A stretch of 64,000 bases of DNA from Thermoplasmata archaeon (GCA_028864975.1 JAGWLG010000001.1:64001-128000); one strand, 5' to 3'. Shown: positions 1-9,951, numbered from the stretch's first letter. Numbers and translations are program-made. Notes: generated by a model from the sequence alone, not told the origin.

Positions 1-495
1 GTCGAACGACCAGGACGCGCTGTAGGGAGTACTCCCTCCAGAGATGACGACCGAACAGCTGACCTGAAGTGAGTTCGTCGTGACGGGGGTGCACGAAGGA
101 GAGATCGAGAGGTACGAGTTGTACCCGCCGCCGCCACCGCTGTTGTACGACTGCTGGGATGACATCGAGATGACGGTGGGTAGGATGAAGAAGAGGAGGA
201 CGAACACCAGGACGAGCACCCCCGGCCACCGCTTCGGGGCCACGGGGGCGGAGTAGACCGCGTGAGAAGGAACGTTCCCTCCGGCGTACGGGTTGTACCA
301 CGAGGGCAACGCGGGCGCGGCGGCAATGATGGGACCGGGAGGGGGGGCCGGAGCCGGAGCGCGATAGGTGGTCCCGCAGTATGGGCAGGTCGCGGTCCCG
401 CCCGGTCGGACGGGCGGGAGCGGAGCCCCGCAGCTCGGGCACTTCTCGGAGATCAGCGCCGTCGGGTCGGGCTCAGGGGTCGGGGGATAGCTCAT
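1..495 (-). CDS. Membrane-anchored protein, partial (runs off left edge): N-terminal Zn-ribbon, Pro-rich linker, TM helix, start of PKD-like domain
   Basis: Hand translation from ATG at 495: MSYPPTPEPD..CPSCGAPLPPVRPGGTATCPYCGTT..WPGVLVLVFVLLFFILP..VVISGGSTPYSASWSFD. The GG-x-PY-x-x-x-W-x-F-D ending matches PKD domains elsewhere in the window. Not in the ORF track. Confidence 0.7.
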   Translation of the reverse strand, partial: MSYPPTPEPDPTALISEKCPSCGAPLPPVRPGGTATCPYCGTTYRAPAPAPPPGPIIAAAPALPSWYNPYAGGNVPSHAVYSAPVAPKRWPGVLVLVFVLLFFILPTVISMSSQQSYNSGGGGGYNSYLSISPSCTPVTTNSLQVSCSVVISGGSTPYSASWSFD

Positions 496-625
496 GTATC
501 GAAGGGGAACGAGGGGACATCCCCTCGGTCCGGGCCTCCCAGGGACGGGAAGGACATAATCCGAGCGGTCCCGCCTCCCCGAGAAGTGTGAAGAGCCGCG
601 GCGGAACGGAGGGGAGGAACCCCTC

Positions 626-1552
626 ATGCCCAAGGAGCGAGGCGCCAACTCCCCGAAGCCGCCGTTCCCCCTCGATCCACGAGGGATCCCCCACCTCGCG
701 CCGGAGGACGTGCACGAGCTGCTGGACCGCTGGTTCTCTTCGTTCCCCGCCACAACGCTGCAGGAGCTCCCCGCGGTTCCTCATGGACGGGCGCTGGTCT
801 TCGGCGACACTCACAGCGACTGGCCCACCGTCGAAGCGCTGTCCCGGGAGGCCATGACCCCTCAAGGACCCCTCACCCATCTGGTCGGACTGGGCGACTA
901 CGTCGACCGAACGCTCCCGGAGCTGCCGCACGGCTCGGTCGTGAACGCCCTGTTCTTGCTATCACTGCGTCTCTGTCACCCCGACCGCGTCGTGCTGCTT
1001 CGAGGGAACCACGAGACCCAGCACCTGATCCCCATCCTGCGCCCGGAGGCGGTCGACGAGTCCGATGAGCTCTGGGGGAGGGAGAGCGGGGTCGGACGAC
1101 GGATCGAGCAGGCGTTCGACCGTCTCCCCCTCATGGCCACCACGGAGAGCGGGGGGTACCTCGCCCACGCGGGGTTCCCGAGAGAGCGGAACCCGAAAGG
1201 CTGGAAGACCCACCTCGACGCCAGGTCCCTCAAGCTCCTCGAGGAAGTGGTATGGAACGACCTCGAGGTGTCCTCCTTCTCCGGAGGGCGAGGGCTCGAG
1301 ATCTCCCCCATCTCGCAGGCCGAGACCTTGGAGTTCCTCTCTCAAGCGGGATGCTCGGTCTTCCTGCGTGGACACGACCCGACGGAAGCGGGGAAGGCGC
1401 GCTACGACAACAGGGTCCTGACCCTCCACACCAGCCGGGTGTACGACTGGGCAGGTCTGCACGTCGCGGAGCTCCCGCTTGACGGCAGGGTACGCGATCT
1501 CCGCGACGTCCGCTGCCGCCGCATCGAGCCTCCTCCCATCCCTACTCCTTGA
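626..1552 (+). CDS. PPP-family Ser/Thr protein phosphatase (metallophosphoesterase)
   Basis: Motifs GDTHSD, GDYVDR, LRGNHE, AHAGFP, RGHD. Confidence 0.9.
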   Translation: MPKERGANSPKPPFPLDPRGIPHLAPEDVHELLDRWFSSFPATTLQELPAVPHGRALVFGDTHSDWPTVEALSREAMTPQGPLTHLVGLGDYVDRTLPELPHGSVVNALFLLSLRLCHPDRVVLLRGNHETQHLIPILRPEAVDESDELWGRESGVGRRIEQAFDRLPLMATTESGGYLAHAGFPRERNPKGWKTHLDARSLKLLEEVVWNDLEVSSFSGGRGLEISPISQAETLEFLSQAGCSVFLRGHDPTEAGKARYDNRVLTLHTSRVYDWAGLHVAELPLDGRVRDLRDVRCRRIEPPPIPTP

Positions 1553-1576
1553 GCTTCCACCGCCCGGGGGGGACCC

Positions 1577-2161
1577 TCAGCCGAAGTAGCGCCGTTCCGC
1601 ATCCAAGAGCTCGCCCAGGGTGGCGGCCCGAGCATACTCCTCGAGCGGTCCCTCGTTCAGGCGCAGGAACCCTCGTCCCCCGGGAAGGCGGTCGAAGAGC
1701 TCCTCCGCCACTTTTCGTCCGGCGGTCAGGAAGACCGCTGCGCCGACCGCCTCCGCGGTGTTGAGCTCGCCCAGACGTCCGTAGTGTTGGGGATTTGCGG
1801 CGAGAAGGTAGGGCAGCCTGCGGGCCACCTGGCGCCGTAGCCCCCGCGCGAGCGACGGGGGGAACTCCCCTCGCGCGCCGAGTTTGTTCCACGAGCAGTC
1901 GACCACGAGGATGCCCCTCGACGACGCCGTCGTGGCGTCCGCGTTGGATAGCGGCGTCTCCGCATGAGGGTCGAGCAGTAGGAGTCCCGAAGGGGGACGC
2001 CCCGCAGCTCCCAACTCCCGTGCGAGGGAGAGCCGGACCAGGTGTCGCCCCGTGCAGAGCCGAGGGGAGTCCTCGCACGCGAGGACGACCCAGAGCGAAG
2101 GGAGACCGGCGATCTCCGACGGGGGGCCCCCCGCGTCAGGGCGACGGTTGTGCGTGCTCAC
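1577..2161 (-). CDS. tsr3: rRNA aminocarboxypropyltransferase Tsr3 (DUF367); true start may be slightly downstream
   Basis: DSPRLCTGRHL, VVDCSWN, RRLPYLLAANPQHYGRLGELNTAEA. Confidence 0.9.
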   Translation of the reverse strand: MSTHNRRPDAGGPPSEIAGLPSLWVVLACEDSPRLCTGRHLVRLSLARELGAAGRPPSGLLLLDPHAETPLSNADATTASSRGILVVDCSWNKLGARGEFPPSLARGLRRQVARRLPYLLAANPQHYGRLGELNTAEAVGAAVFLTAGRKVAEELFDRLPGGRGFLRLNEGPLEEYARAATLGELLDAERRYFG

Positions 2162-3107
2162 GGAAGATCGCGTGCACCTTCTGGGTCATCTTGAGGGCCT
2201 CGTCGTAGTGCCGCTGCCAGAGGTTGCGGCCGAAGATGATCCCCGTCGCTCCCGCGGCCATCGAGGAACGGACTTTGGTGAGCATCTCGTCGTCGCTCAT
2301 CTTCTCTCCACCGGAGACGAGAACGAGTGTGCGTCCCGCGCACCGGACAACACGCTGGAACGCCTCCTCGTGGGACAGGTTCATCGTGTTGTAGGGCGGG
2401 GGCGAATCCTTGTCCTTCTCGGTCACGAGGGGGTAGTTCACTTTCACGATGTCCGCGCCCACTTCCTGGGCGACGCGGGCGGCGTACTCGATCGCGTACT
2501 GCGACTCCTTTCCGCCCTTCTTCGCGATGGCCTCGCCACGGGGGTAGGCCCAGATGATGAGGGGCATGCCGAAGCGGTCGCACTCCTGACGGACCCCGGA
2601 GAGCTGCAGGATGTCCCGGTCCTGGGCGGGAGAGCCCACGTACAGCGTGTACCCGACCGCGTCCGCCCCGAGCCTGACCGCATCCTCGACCGACGCGGTG
2701 AGCGGAGAGAACGCCTGAGCGTCGGAAGGGACGGTGGTCTTCCCGTTGATCTTGAGGATCAGCGGGACGCGGCCCGCGTAGCGGGTCATGAACTTCCTGG
2801 CGAGGCCAACGTGGAGCGCGATGGCCGAGAAGTTCCCCTCCAGGGCAAGCCGCCACTCGTACTCCGGGTCCATCGAGTCCGGGTTGGCGAAGAAATCCGC
2901 GGGCCCGTGCTCGAGCCCCTGGTCGATGGGGAGGATGAGAAGCGTCCCGCCCCCCGGGCCGTGCTCGTACATCATCCGGGTGAGGCGCGCGCGCTTTCCC
3001 GGGGAGAGCCCCAGTTCCTCGAAGGTGGGGCGGTGGACGGTGGGGGCCACCTTGGCTCTTGGGAGGCTCGACGAGGACGACAGCTTCGGCGCGGTCTCCG
3101 CGGGCAT
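2136..3107 (-). CDS. fba: Class I fructose-bisphosphate aldolase (DhnA family)
   Basis: LPIDQGLEHGP, LGADAVGYTLYVGS, WAYPRG, ADIVKVNYP (Schiff-base Lys), SGGEK, FGRNLWQR. Confidence 0.93.
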   Translation of the reverse strand: MPAETAPKLSSSSSLPRAKVAPTVHRPTFEELGLSPGKRARLTRMMYEHGPGGGTLLILPIDQGLEHGPADFFANPDSMDPEYEWRLALEGNFSAIALHVGLARKFMTRYAGRVPLILKINGKTTVPSDAQAFSPLTASVEDAVRLGADAVGYTLYVGSPAQDRDILQLSGVRQECDRFGMPLIIWAYPRGEAIAKKGGKESQYAIEYAARVAQEVGADIVKVNYPLVTEKDKDSPPPYNTMNLSHEEAFQRVVRCAGRTLVLVSGGEKMSDDEMLTKVRSSMAAGATGIIFGRNLWQRHYDEALKMTQKVHAIFREHAQPSP

Positions 3108-3235
3108 ACTGGACTACCTCGGTCCTCGCAGCGCCGGAGGACTATAGAAGTTTGGAAAGAGGTCGATAGGGGACCTGAAGGTCCCCCGCACCTCGACGGG
3201 TGGAAAGGGTTGAGCCGGGCCGCGGGGCCCAGGGC

Positions 3236-4324
3236 TCAGGCGTACTGCGCGCAGCCGTAGCAGTAGTAGCGGCTGTACTGCGGCACGAACGTCGTGGGCT
3301 TCCCGCACTTCTGGCAGTTCGGAGCTCCCGCTGGGGAGGCCGCGGGCGCAGGGGCAGCCGCCACCGCCGGGCTGTAGCTCGCGACCGGCGTCTGGTAGAC
3401 AGGGGGTTGGGCGGCCACCGGGGCCTGGTAGGCGGGGGGAGCCCCGTAGGCGGCGGGAGGGGACGCAGCGTACATCGGCGCCGGGGCAGTGGCCGCGGGC
3501 GGAGCCGCGTAGCCTCCGTAGGCGGGCTGAGGCGCAGCAATGATGACCTGCGTCGCAGGGACCCCGACGAACGTCGTCGGAACGAAGCCGCTCTTCAGCT
3601 TGCTCTCCACCTTCATGTACGTGATGAAGAGGAGGATAGCCGCGATGACGTTGAGCAGGGGGATGATGAGTAGGATGCCTCCGATCTTGAGCAGGCTCTC
3701 CTGGTAGCGCTCCGACGCCCGCATGTTGCCGATGATCTGCCCGATGACCCCGATGAGCGCGAGCAGGGCGCCTCCCGCCAAGAGCAGGAGCGCGGTTCCG
3801 ACCGCGGCCAGAAGGTCCGTAGCGCAGGTCGTGGATGTCGTGGTCGCGCAGCTGACGGCTGCGAGAAGGGCTAGGGCGATGAGAACGACGGCCCCGATGA
3901 GCATCCCGACGCCGATCAGACCGAGCAGGGTCAAGATGGCAGGAGTGCCGAATCGCGGTTCCACTTTCTTGAGCTTGCTGAACCCCAGGAAGACCAGCAG
4001 CGTGCCGATGATCAGGATGGCGGCACCCCCCGCGGCGATCCCGAGGTAGATGTACACCGCGGTCAACGAGGGAATGCCGAGCCCGAAGGGATTCGCGATG
4101 AAGTTCCCTCCAAAGAAGAGCGCGCTGCCGATCAGGCCCATGAGATAGGCGAGCTTCAGGGTCCCGGCCGCCTCAATGTCTGCACTGGAAGCGGCCTGAG
4201 CGGCCGCGGGGGCCGCAGGAGGTGCTCCGTAGGACGGGGGCTGGCTCCACGCTTGGGGCTGCTGACCGTACGCCGGAGGAGATGCGCCGTAAGGGCTCGT
4301 TCCTGGGGGTGGTTGGGCGGCCAT
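3236..4324 (-). CDS. Multi-pass membrane protein (DUF973/DUF996-like core) with Pro/Tyr/Ala-rich tails and C-terminal Zn-ribbon
   Basis: About 5 hydrophobic helices including KIGGILLIIPLLNVIAAILLF; C-terminus CQKCGKPTTFVPQYSRYYCYGCAQYA. Confidence 0.75.
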   Translation of the reverse strand: MAAQPPPGTSPYGASPPAYGQQPQAWSQPPSYGAPPAAPAAAQAASSADIEAAGTLKLAYLMGLIGSALFFGGNFIANPFGLGIPSLTAVYIYLGIAAGGAAILIIGTLLVFLGFSKLKKVEPRFGTPAILTLLGLIGVGMLIGAVVLIALALLAAVSCATTTSTTCATDLLAAVGTALLLLAGGALLALIGVIGQIIGNMRASERYQESLLKIGGILLIIPLLNVIAAILLFITYMKVESKLKSGFVPTTFVGVPATQVIIAAPQPAYGGYAAPPAATAPAPMYAASPPAAYGAPPAYQAPVAAQPPVYQTPVASYSPAVAAAPAPAASPAGAPNCQKCGKPTTFVPQYSRYYCYGCAQYA

Positions 4325-4427
4325 GGTTGAGGAGCGACACCCGGCCTAGGATAAATAACGCACGTTTTAGGTCGAGAGCAACGCGCACTCCTTCTTGGAA
4401 GGGGTGCGCGCAGGAACGGGCTGCGCC

Positions 4428-5285
4428 TCAGGCGTACTGGGAGCAGCTGTAGCAGTAGTACCGCCCGTACTGCGCGATCCAGGACGTGGGCTTCCCACAC
4501 GTTCGGCACGTGGGGGCGCCCGGAGTCGGGGCGGGGCTGCTCGAAGGCGGAGGGCTCGCACCAGGACTGTAGGTGGAAAAGGAAGGCGCAGGTGCGGGCG
4601 GAGCGTAGCTCGGAGGAGGCTGGGTGGCATAGGATGGCGCCTGCGGGGGAGGCGAATAGATGGGGGGCGCCGAATAGGAGGGAGGAGACGAGGGAGGAGG
4701 ACTGGCGGGGGGAGCGTAGGCGGGCGGAGCATAGGCGGGGGCAGGTGGCGCATAGGAGGGTGCCGCTGGCGGTTGGCCATAGACCGGTGCGGGCTGAACG
4801 ACCGGCGCCGCGGCGGCTCCGCCTTGGGCCTGCTGCCAGGTGATGAGCGGGTCCATCTTGAGGTGGAAGATTAGCAGCAGGATCCCGATGATCACTCCGC
4901 CGACGATGAACGTCAGGATCGCCCAGATCATCGACTTCTCCTTCGCGACCTGGTACTGCCCCTGTTCCAGGAGCCCGCGCAGCTGCGGCAGGAAGATGGC
5001 GTAGACGAGGAGGTCGAAAACCCCGAAGAGGACCAACGGGGCACCGAGGATGATCGCCCCGGTCTCGCATCCAATCAAGGCCTGGCAGAAGGGGTTCGCG
5101 GCAGCTGCGACGATCTCCCCAACACCGCCCAAGATCCACAGGATCCCGAAGATGAGGGCCAAGAGCTTCGTCAGGTCGAGGAACGAGCGGGCCGAGGACA
5201 GCTCAGGGGGGACGGCCATCGGGGCCGCTACCGGAGGCGCCCCGTAGAGGGGAGCGGGTTGCGGCGCGTAGGGACCGGCCTGCAT
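4428..5285 (-). CDS. Membrane protein with Pro/Tyr/Ser-rich tail and C-terminal Zn-ribbon homologous to that of the neighbouring gene
   Basis: 3-4 TM helices; C-terminus CRTCGKPTSWIAQYGRYYCYSCSQYA. Confidence 0.75.
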   Translation of the reverse strand: MQAGPYAPQPAPLYGAPPVAAPMAVPPELSSARSFLDLTKLLALIFGILWILGGVGEIVAAAANPFCQALIGCETGAIILGAPLVLFGVFDLLVYAIFLPQLRGLLEQGQYQVAKEKSMIWAILTFIVGGVIIGILLLIFHLKMDPLITWQQAQGGAAAAPVVQPAPVYGQPPAAPSYAPPAPAYAPPAYAPPASPPPSSPPSYSAPPIYSPPPQAPSYATQPPPSYAPPAPAPSFSTYSPGASPPPSSSPAPTPGAPTCRTCGKPTSWIAQYGRYYCYSCSQYA

Positions 5286-5319
5286 CTACCCTCGGAGCGG
5301 CGTTGCACCCCCGGCCGCC

Positions 5320-5325
5320 TATAAA
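5320..5325 (-). promoter_or_regulatory. Putative archaeal TATA box (TTTATA) for the gene starting at 5285
   Basis: TATAAA on + strand, 35 nt upstream of the ATG, in a GC-rich background. Confidence 0.4.
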
Positions 5326-5373
5326 GCCTGTCAAAAAGGGGCGACGCACCACCAGGCGGGGACCTAGTTACAT

Positions 5374-6489
5374 ATGGTCCGAGGGGCCATGGTCACTCCC
5401 GAAGCTTTCCACGGCCGAGCCCGTGTCGGGGCTGACGGGGGAGCGCGGACCGTGCGTACCAGCAATGTGGTCATCGCCACGCTGCTGCTGGACGGCCTCT
5501 TCTTTGGCGTGAACTTCGTGGTCTTCGCCCTCGGGGGGAGTCGGGCGGTGCTCTCCCAGGCCGTCGCGACGGTCACCGACCTGATCGGGAGCGTCATGAT
5601 CCTGTGGGGGCAGTGGGCGGGGGAGCTCCCCTCCAGCCCCAAACACCCGTTCGGTCGGGGAAAGGAGGCGTTCTTCTGGGCGTACAGCGCGGGGCTCATC
5701 ACGTTCTCCCTGGCCGGGGGTCTGGTCCTGTTCGAAGGTCTGGACCAGGCCTTGCACCCCCGTGCCGTGACCAACCTCAAGCTCGGTCTGTGGACCGTCG
5801 GGGGGACCTTGCTCTCAAGCCTGGGGAGCATGGTCGTTGTGCTCGCGGAGCTTCGCCGGGACCGGCGCAGCATCTCGGAGCTCCTCGCCTCGAGCCACCA
5901 GGGGGTCAAGACCATCTTCCTCCAGGATGTGGTGAGCGTCGTGGGGGCCTTGGTGGCCCTCGTGGGGATCAGCGTCGTCGAGCTCTCGCACCTGGCCTTC
6001 GTCGACGGGGTCTCGGCGTCCATCGTGGGTACGCTCCTGCTCGGGACGGGATTCGCGTTGGCGGCAGAAGGGCGCGAGTTCCTGGTCGGCCGAGCGCTCG
6101 AACCGGAGGAGGGTCACGCGGTCCTCGCCCTCGTGGAGCGCTACCCCTTCGTGCGCCAGGTCCTGGGGATGCAGAGCATGCTCGTAGGGCCTGAGGACAG
6201 CCTGGTGGTGCTCCGGGTCAACTTCATGGACGAGATGGACACCGACGACGTGGAGATGCACATCGACCAGCTCCGGCGTTTCGTCACGGGGGAGTTCCCC
6301 AGGGTGCGCCATCTCATCATCGAGCCGGTACGGGCGGCGGGCGAAGAGCTGGTCATGGACGACCGGCAGGGGATCTCCTCGGCACCGGGGGCTGTCGCGC
6401 CCTCCGTGCCGGTCACTCCGTCGCCGCCACGGCCTTCGGACCCGCGCGGGAGCGATGCTCGCGCGCGAGGCGGAGCACGGTCAGAGTGA
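5374..6489 (+). CDS. Cation diffusion facilitator (CDF) family transporter
   Basis: Six-TM pattern, HPFGRGKEAFFW motif, C-terminal dimerisation domain ending HLIIEP. Confidence 0.85.
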   Translation: MVRGAMVTPEAFHGRARVGADGGARTVRTSNVVIATLLLDGLFFGVNFVVFALGGSRAVLSQAVATVTDLIGSVMILWGQWAGELPSSPKHPFGRGKEAFFWAYSAGLITFSLAGGLVLFEGLDQALHPRAVTNLKLGLWTVGGTLLSSLGSMVVVLAELRRDRRSISELLASSHQGVKTIFLQDVVSVVGALVALVGISVVELSHLAFVDGVSASIVGTLLLGTGFALAAEGREFLVGRALEPEEGHAVLALVERYPFVRQVLGMQSMLVGPEDSLVVLRVNFMDEMDTDDVEMHIDQLRRFVTGEFPRVRHLIIEPVRAAGEELVMDDRQGISSAPGAVAPSVPVTPSPPRPSDPRGSDARARGGARSE

Positions 6490-7717
6490 TGAGGAAGGCC
6501 GCGACGATCCCGAAGAACACCGCGACCCCCCGGTTCCCCAAGAGGACGTAGAGCCCGCTCGACAGGAGCAGTCCCAGCGCCATCCCGATGGCGATCATCA
6601 TACTGTAGAGCGCCATCGTGGTCCCTCGCGTGATCCGCCGTGAGAGGTCGGTCAGCGCCGCCAGTGAGGACGGTCCGAAGGCGAGCGCGGCGACCGCCGA
6701 GACCACGATCCCGCCCAGCGCCACGAGGTCGAACCCCCGCACCGCGATCCATCCGCCGGCCGCCAGGACCCCGAGGAAGCCCAAGACGCCGATAGCCATG
6801 ACTGGGGTGCGGCCCCATCGGTCCGCGAGCTTCCCGTAGAAGGGCTGGGTCAGGAGGAGGATCGAGCCTCCGACGGCGATCACCCCCCCCAGCTCCCACA
6901 GGGGGACCTTGAGCGAGTCGGCGGCCGAGCCCAGGAAGGTGAAGAGGGCCCCCAGGAGCATGTAGATCGTGGCCCACGGGAGCACCACCAGGAGGATGTC
7001 CGGGTCGAGGATCGCCTCGCGCAGCCGCTCGCGGGAGAAGACCTCCGGGCGCCCGACCTCCCAAAGGCCCCGCGTCTCGTAGAAGACCAGGGCCAGGGCC
7101 ACCATGACCATGACCGCTCCTACGAGGAACGCGACGCGTAGGTGGTCCGGGAACTTCTGTCCCTGGACGGCGCTCACCGTGATGTAGCCGAAGGCGAAAC
7201 CGGCGATCCATCCGAAGAGGTTCGCGGCATCGAAGCGCCCCATCTCGAGCCCTCGCTCCCCCCGGCCGCTGGTGTCGCCGATGATGGCGAGCGAGGCCGC
7301 GAGGATCGCGCCGCTCGAGAGCCCGAAAAAGCCGTTCATCAGGGTCTGGAAGAGCGCCTCGCGGGTCATCGACATGAGTACCAGGAGACCGGCTCCCAGC
7401 AGCAACCCGCCCTGGAGCACGACGAACCGGCCGTAGCGGTCGCTGGCCATTCCCGAGAGGAGGACCGTCGAGAACTCGATCGCAGGGGCGGCCGCGGCGG
7501 CAAGCCCTACGGTCTCGACGTTCGACCCGAGGTAGAAGAAGAAGACACTGGTGGTGATCCCGAAACCGAAGCGGATGAAGAAGGTGGCCAGGAAGACCGT
7601 GGGGAGGAGACGGCGATGCCCGGGCATCGGGGCAAGACCGTCCCCTCCGACCGGAGGGACCTCGGTCCGCATCGGCCCCGCGGGGGCCGACCCCGCGTCG
7701 CCCGTCCTCGCCGTCAC
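6413..7717 (-). CDS. Major facilitator superfamily transporter
   Basis: Motif A GMASDRYGR and GKLADRWGRT; about 12 TM helices. Confidence 0.9.
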   Translation of the reverse strand: MTARTGDAGSAPAGPMRTEVPPVGGDGLAPMPGHRRLLPTVFLATFFIRFGFGITTSVFFFYLGSNVETVGLAAAAAPAIEFSTVLLSGMASDRYGRFVVLQGGLLLGAGLLVLMSMTREALFQTLMNGFFGLSSGAILAASLAIIGDTSGRGERGLEMGRFDAANLFGWIAGFAFGYITVSAVQGQKFPDHLRVAFLVGAVMVMVALALVFYETRGLWEVGRPEVFSRERLREAILDPDILLVVLPWATIYMLLGALFTFLGSAADSLKVPLWELGGVIAVGGSILLLTQPFYGKLADRWGRTPVMAIGVLGFLGVLAAGGWIAVRGFDLVALGGIVVSAVAALAFGPSSLAALTDLSRRITRGTTMALYSMMIAIGMALGLLLSSGLYVLLGNRGVAVFFGIVAAFLITLTVLRLAREHRSRAGPKAVAATE

Positions 7718-8112
7718 CGCTCCTTTTCGCCGGTCCCCCGCCGCTCCAGAAGCTCGATCCAGATCCCGTTCGGGTCGTGGACGAACGCGATGCGACCCGA
7801 ACCGCCCTGGAGCTGGTAGGGGGCTTTCGCGAGCTTCGCGCCGTGCAGCTCGAGGGCGCGGATCGCTTCCTCGAGGTCCGGGACCTCAAAGGCGAGATGG
7901 TCCAGCTGGTCACCCTCGGTGAGCTCCTTCTTGTCCTTCCACCAGGTGAGCTCGATCCTCATTCCCGAAGCGGGCTCCCGGACGAACGCGATCTCCGCGT
8001 GGTTCTCGGGGATCTCCCGTCGGCGTTCCATATCGAGCCCCAGGCCTTTCGTGTAGAACTTGAGGCTCTCGTCCATGTTCCGGACCGTGATCGAGGTGTG
8101 GGAGAACTTCAT
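7714..8112 (-). CDS. VOC/glyoxalase I (lactoylglutathione lyase-like) protein
   Basis: HTSITVRNMDESLKFYT, IELT, DHLAFEV, DPNGIWIELLE; ATGA-type overlap with the MFS gene. Confidence 0.88.
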   Translation of the reverse strand: MKFSHTSITVRNMDESLKFYTKGLGLDMERRREIPENHAEIAFVREPASGMRIELTWWKDKKELTEGDQLDHLAFEVPDLEEAIRALELHGAKLAKAPYQLQGGSGRIAFVHDPNGIWIELLERRGTGEKER

Positions 8113-8175
8113 GGCGCCACGACGCCTCCGTGTCCTAAAGTCTTCCCTCGCTGGCCTTGCGGGCGCGCAAGCCCC

Positions 8176-9951
8176 TCACGGGTGAGCGAAGATGAAACGA
8201 CGTGGTTGCTCGGGGTCCTCCGGTTGGGGGTCTGCACGGACGAACCCGAAGCGCTCGAACTGGAAGAGCTGCCCCTCACGGCTGGAGGAGAGCGAGGCCT
8301 CCCCCATCCCCAGGAGATGGGGGTCCTCCAAGGTGAAGACATCGATGTGGGTCGCGCCCTTGGCCGCGACCCACTGGATCCGCGGGAGGGGCTTGTTGGG
8401 ACGCGTGGTGAACGTCGCGATGACCTCCGCCCCCGCCTCCCCGTCCGCCTCGACCCCTTCGGAGGGAGGGACCTGCGGAGGGAGCTGGACGTTCAAGAGG
8501 TCCTTGAGCCGGATCTCCTTCCCGGCGTTCTTGAGGAGGTCCGCCTCGGGGAGGAAGAACGCGTCGGAGATCTCGACCTCCCGCTCGCCCATCTCGGGGC
8601 GCTCCGGATGGTTCGCGAGCCGGGCGACCCTGAGGTCCCCGGGCATGCCTTCGACACGTAGGCGTCGTGGACGAGGTACGAAGGCACGGCGGGGGGTGGT
8701 CGGGTCGAGCAGTCTTCGGTTCTCGGCGTACAGGGTCTCCGCGGGGACCTCGATGTCCGACTGGGAGAGCCCGAACGACAGGACAAAGTCGCGGATCGCC
8801 TGAGGCCGGATCCCTCTTCGGGACAAGGAGGAGAGGCTCCAGGTGCGGGGGTCGGCCCAGCCATCGTACGCCCCGCTCTTGACGTCCTGGTAGGACTTGC
8901 TCTTCGAGATCTTCGTCTCCCGGATCCGGAGCAGCCCCCAATGGAGGAAGGCGGGGCCACGCAGCCCGAGCGCGCGCCAGAGCGCCTCCTCCATCATGTC
9001 CTCGATGATGAGCTCCTTCCCACGGATCACGTGGGTGATGCCCAGCTCCACATCGTCGATGGCGAACGCGTACTCCAGCATCGGCCAGACCCGGTACCTC
9101 GTCCCCACCCGGGGGTGATGGAAGTCGCTGATCCGGAACAGGACCCGGTCGCGGAAGGCCGGGTTCGGGTGCCCCATGTCCGTCTTGATCCGGACGACGG
9201 CCTCGCCGGGGGCATACCGGCCTCCCAGCATCCCCGCCCACTGGTCCCTCTGCCATGGGGTCTCGCGGCTCCGCTCGGGACACGCGACCCCGGCCTCGCG
9301 GTTCTTGCGTAACAGCTCGGCCGGGCAGGTACAGACGTAGGCCGCCCCGAGGTCGAGGAGCCGAGGGAGGTCGCGGTAGTAGAGCTCGAGCCGGTCCGAC
9401 TTGTAGTAGATCGCGTCGGGCTGGATCCCCGCCGCGGCCATGTCCTGGAGGATCAGGTCGTAGCTCTCCGGGACCGGGCGTTTCTCCTCCGATCCCACGG
9501 TGTCGTCGAAGACGAGGAAGAACTTCCCGCGGTACCGCTGACGGTACTCCTGATTGACGAAGAGCCCCCGGGCGTTGCCGATGTGGAGCGACCCCGAAGG
9601 GAACGGGGCAAGCCGAAGCACGACCTTCCCCATCTCCGCTCCAGGGAGCGGTGGCAGCCCGTGCTCCTGCTCGTGCTTGGCCTCGGCCTCCTTCCGAGCC
9701 GAGGTGGTCGTGAGCGGACCTCCGAGCTCGGCGAGGCGGCTCTTGCGGTGCTCCGCGTCCAGGAGCGAGACCTCCGCGATGACGCTCTCCACCGTCCCTG
9801 AGAGCTCGCCGCGGTGCGGGCGCAACGCGGCATCGGAACCCAGGAGGGCTCCGAGCACGCTCTCGGGTCGCGGTGGCGCTCCGTGGCGCAACGCGTTCTC
9901 CAGCGCGAGCCGGAGCGCACGCTCCCGTACGGCTCCGGGTTCGAAGGTCAT
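8176..9951 (-). CDS. gltX: Glutamyl-tRNA synthetase (archaeal type)
   Basis: RLAPFPSGSLHIGNAR (HIGH), CTC..C Zn site, THVIRGKE, KISKS (KMSKS), C-terminal FQFERFGFVR. Confidence 0.97.
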   Translation of the reverse strand: MTFEPGAVRERALRLALENALRHGAPPRPESVLGALLGSDAALRPHRGELSGTVESVIAEVSLLDAEHRKSRLAELGGPLTTTSARKEAEAKHEQEHGLPPLPGAEMGKVVLRLAPFPSGSLHIGNARGLFVNQEYRQRYRGKFFLVFDDTVGSEEKRPVPESYDLILQDMAAAGIQPDAIYYKSDRLELYYRDLPRLLDLGAAYVCTCPAELLRKNREAGVACPERSRETPWQRDQWAGMLGGRYAPGEAVVRIKTDMGHPNPAFRDRVLFRISDFHHPRVGTRYRVWPMLEYAFAIDDVELGITHVIRGKELIIEDMMEEALWRALGLRGPAFLHWGLLRIRETKISKSKSYQDVKSGAYDGWADPRTWSLSSLSRRGIRPQAIRDFVLSFGLSQSDIEVPAETLYAENRRLLDPTTPRRAFVPRPRRLRVEGMPGDLRVARLANHPERPEMGEREVEISDAFFLPEADLLKNAGKEIRLKDLLNVQLPPQVPPSEGVEADGEAGAEVIATFTTRPNKPLPRIQWVAAKGATHIDVFTLEDPHLLGMGEASLSSSREGQLFQFERFGFVRADPQPEDPEQPRRFIFAHP

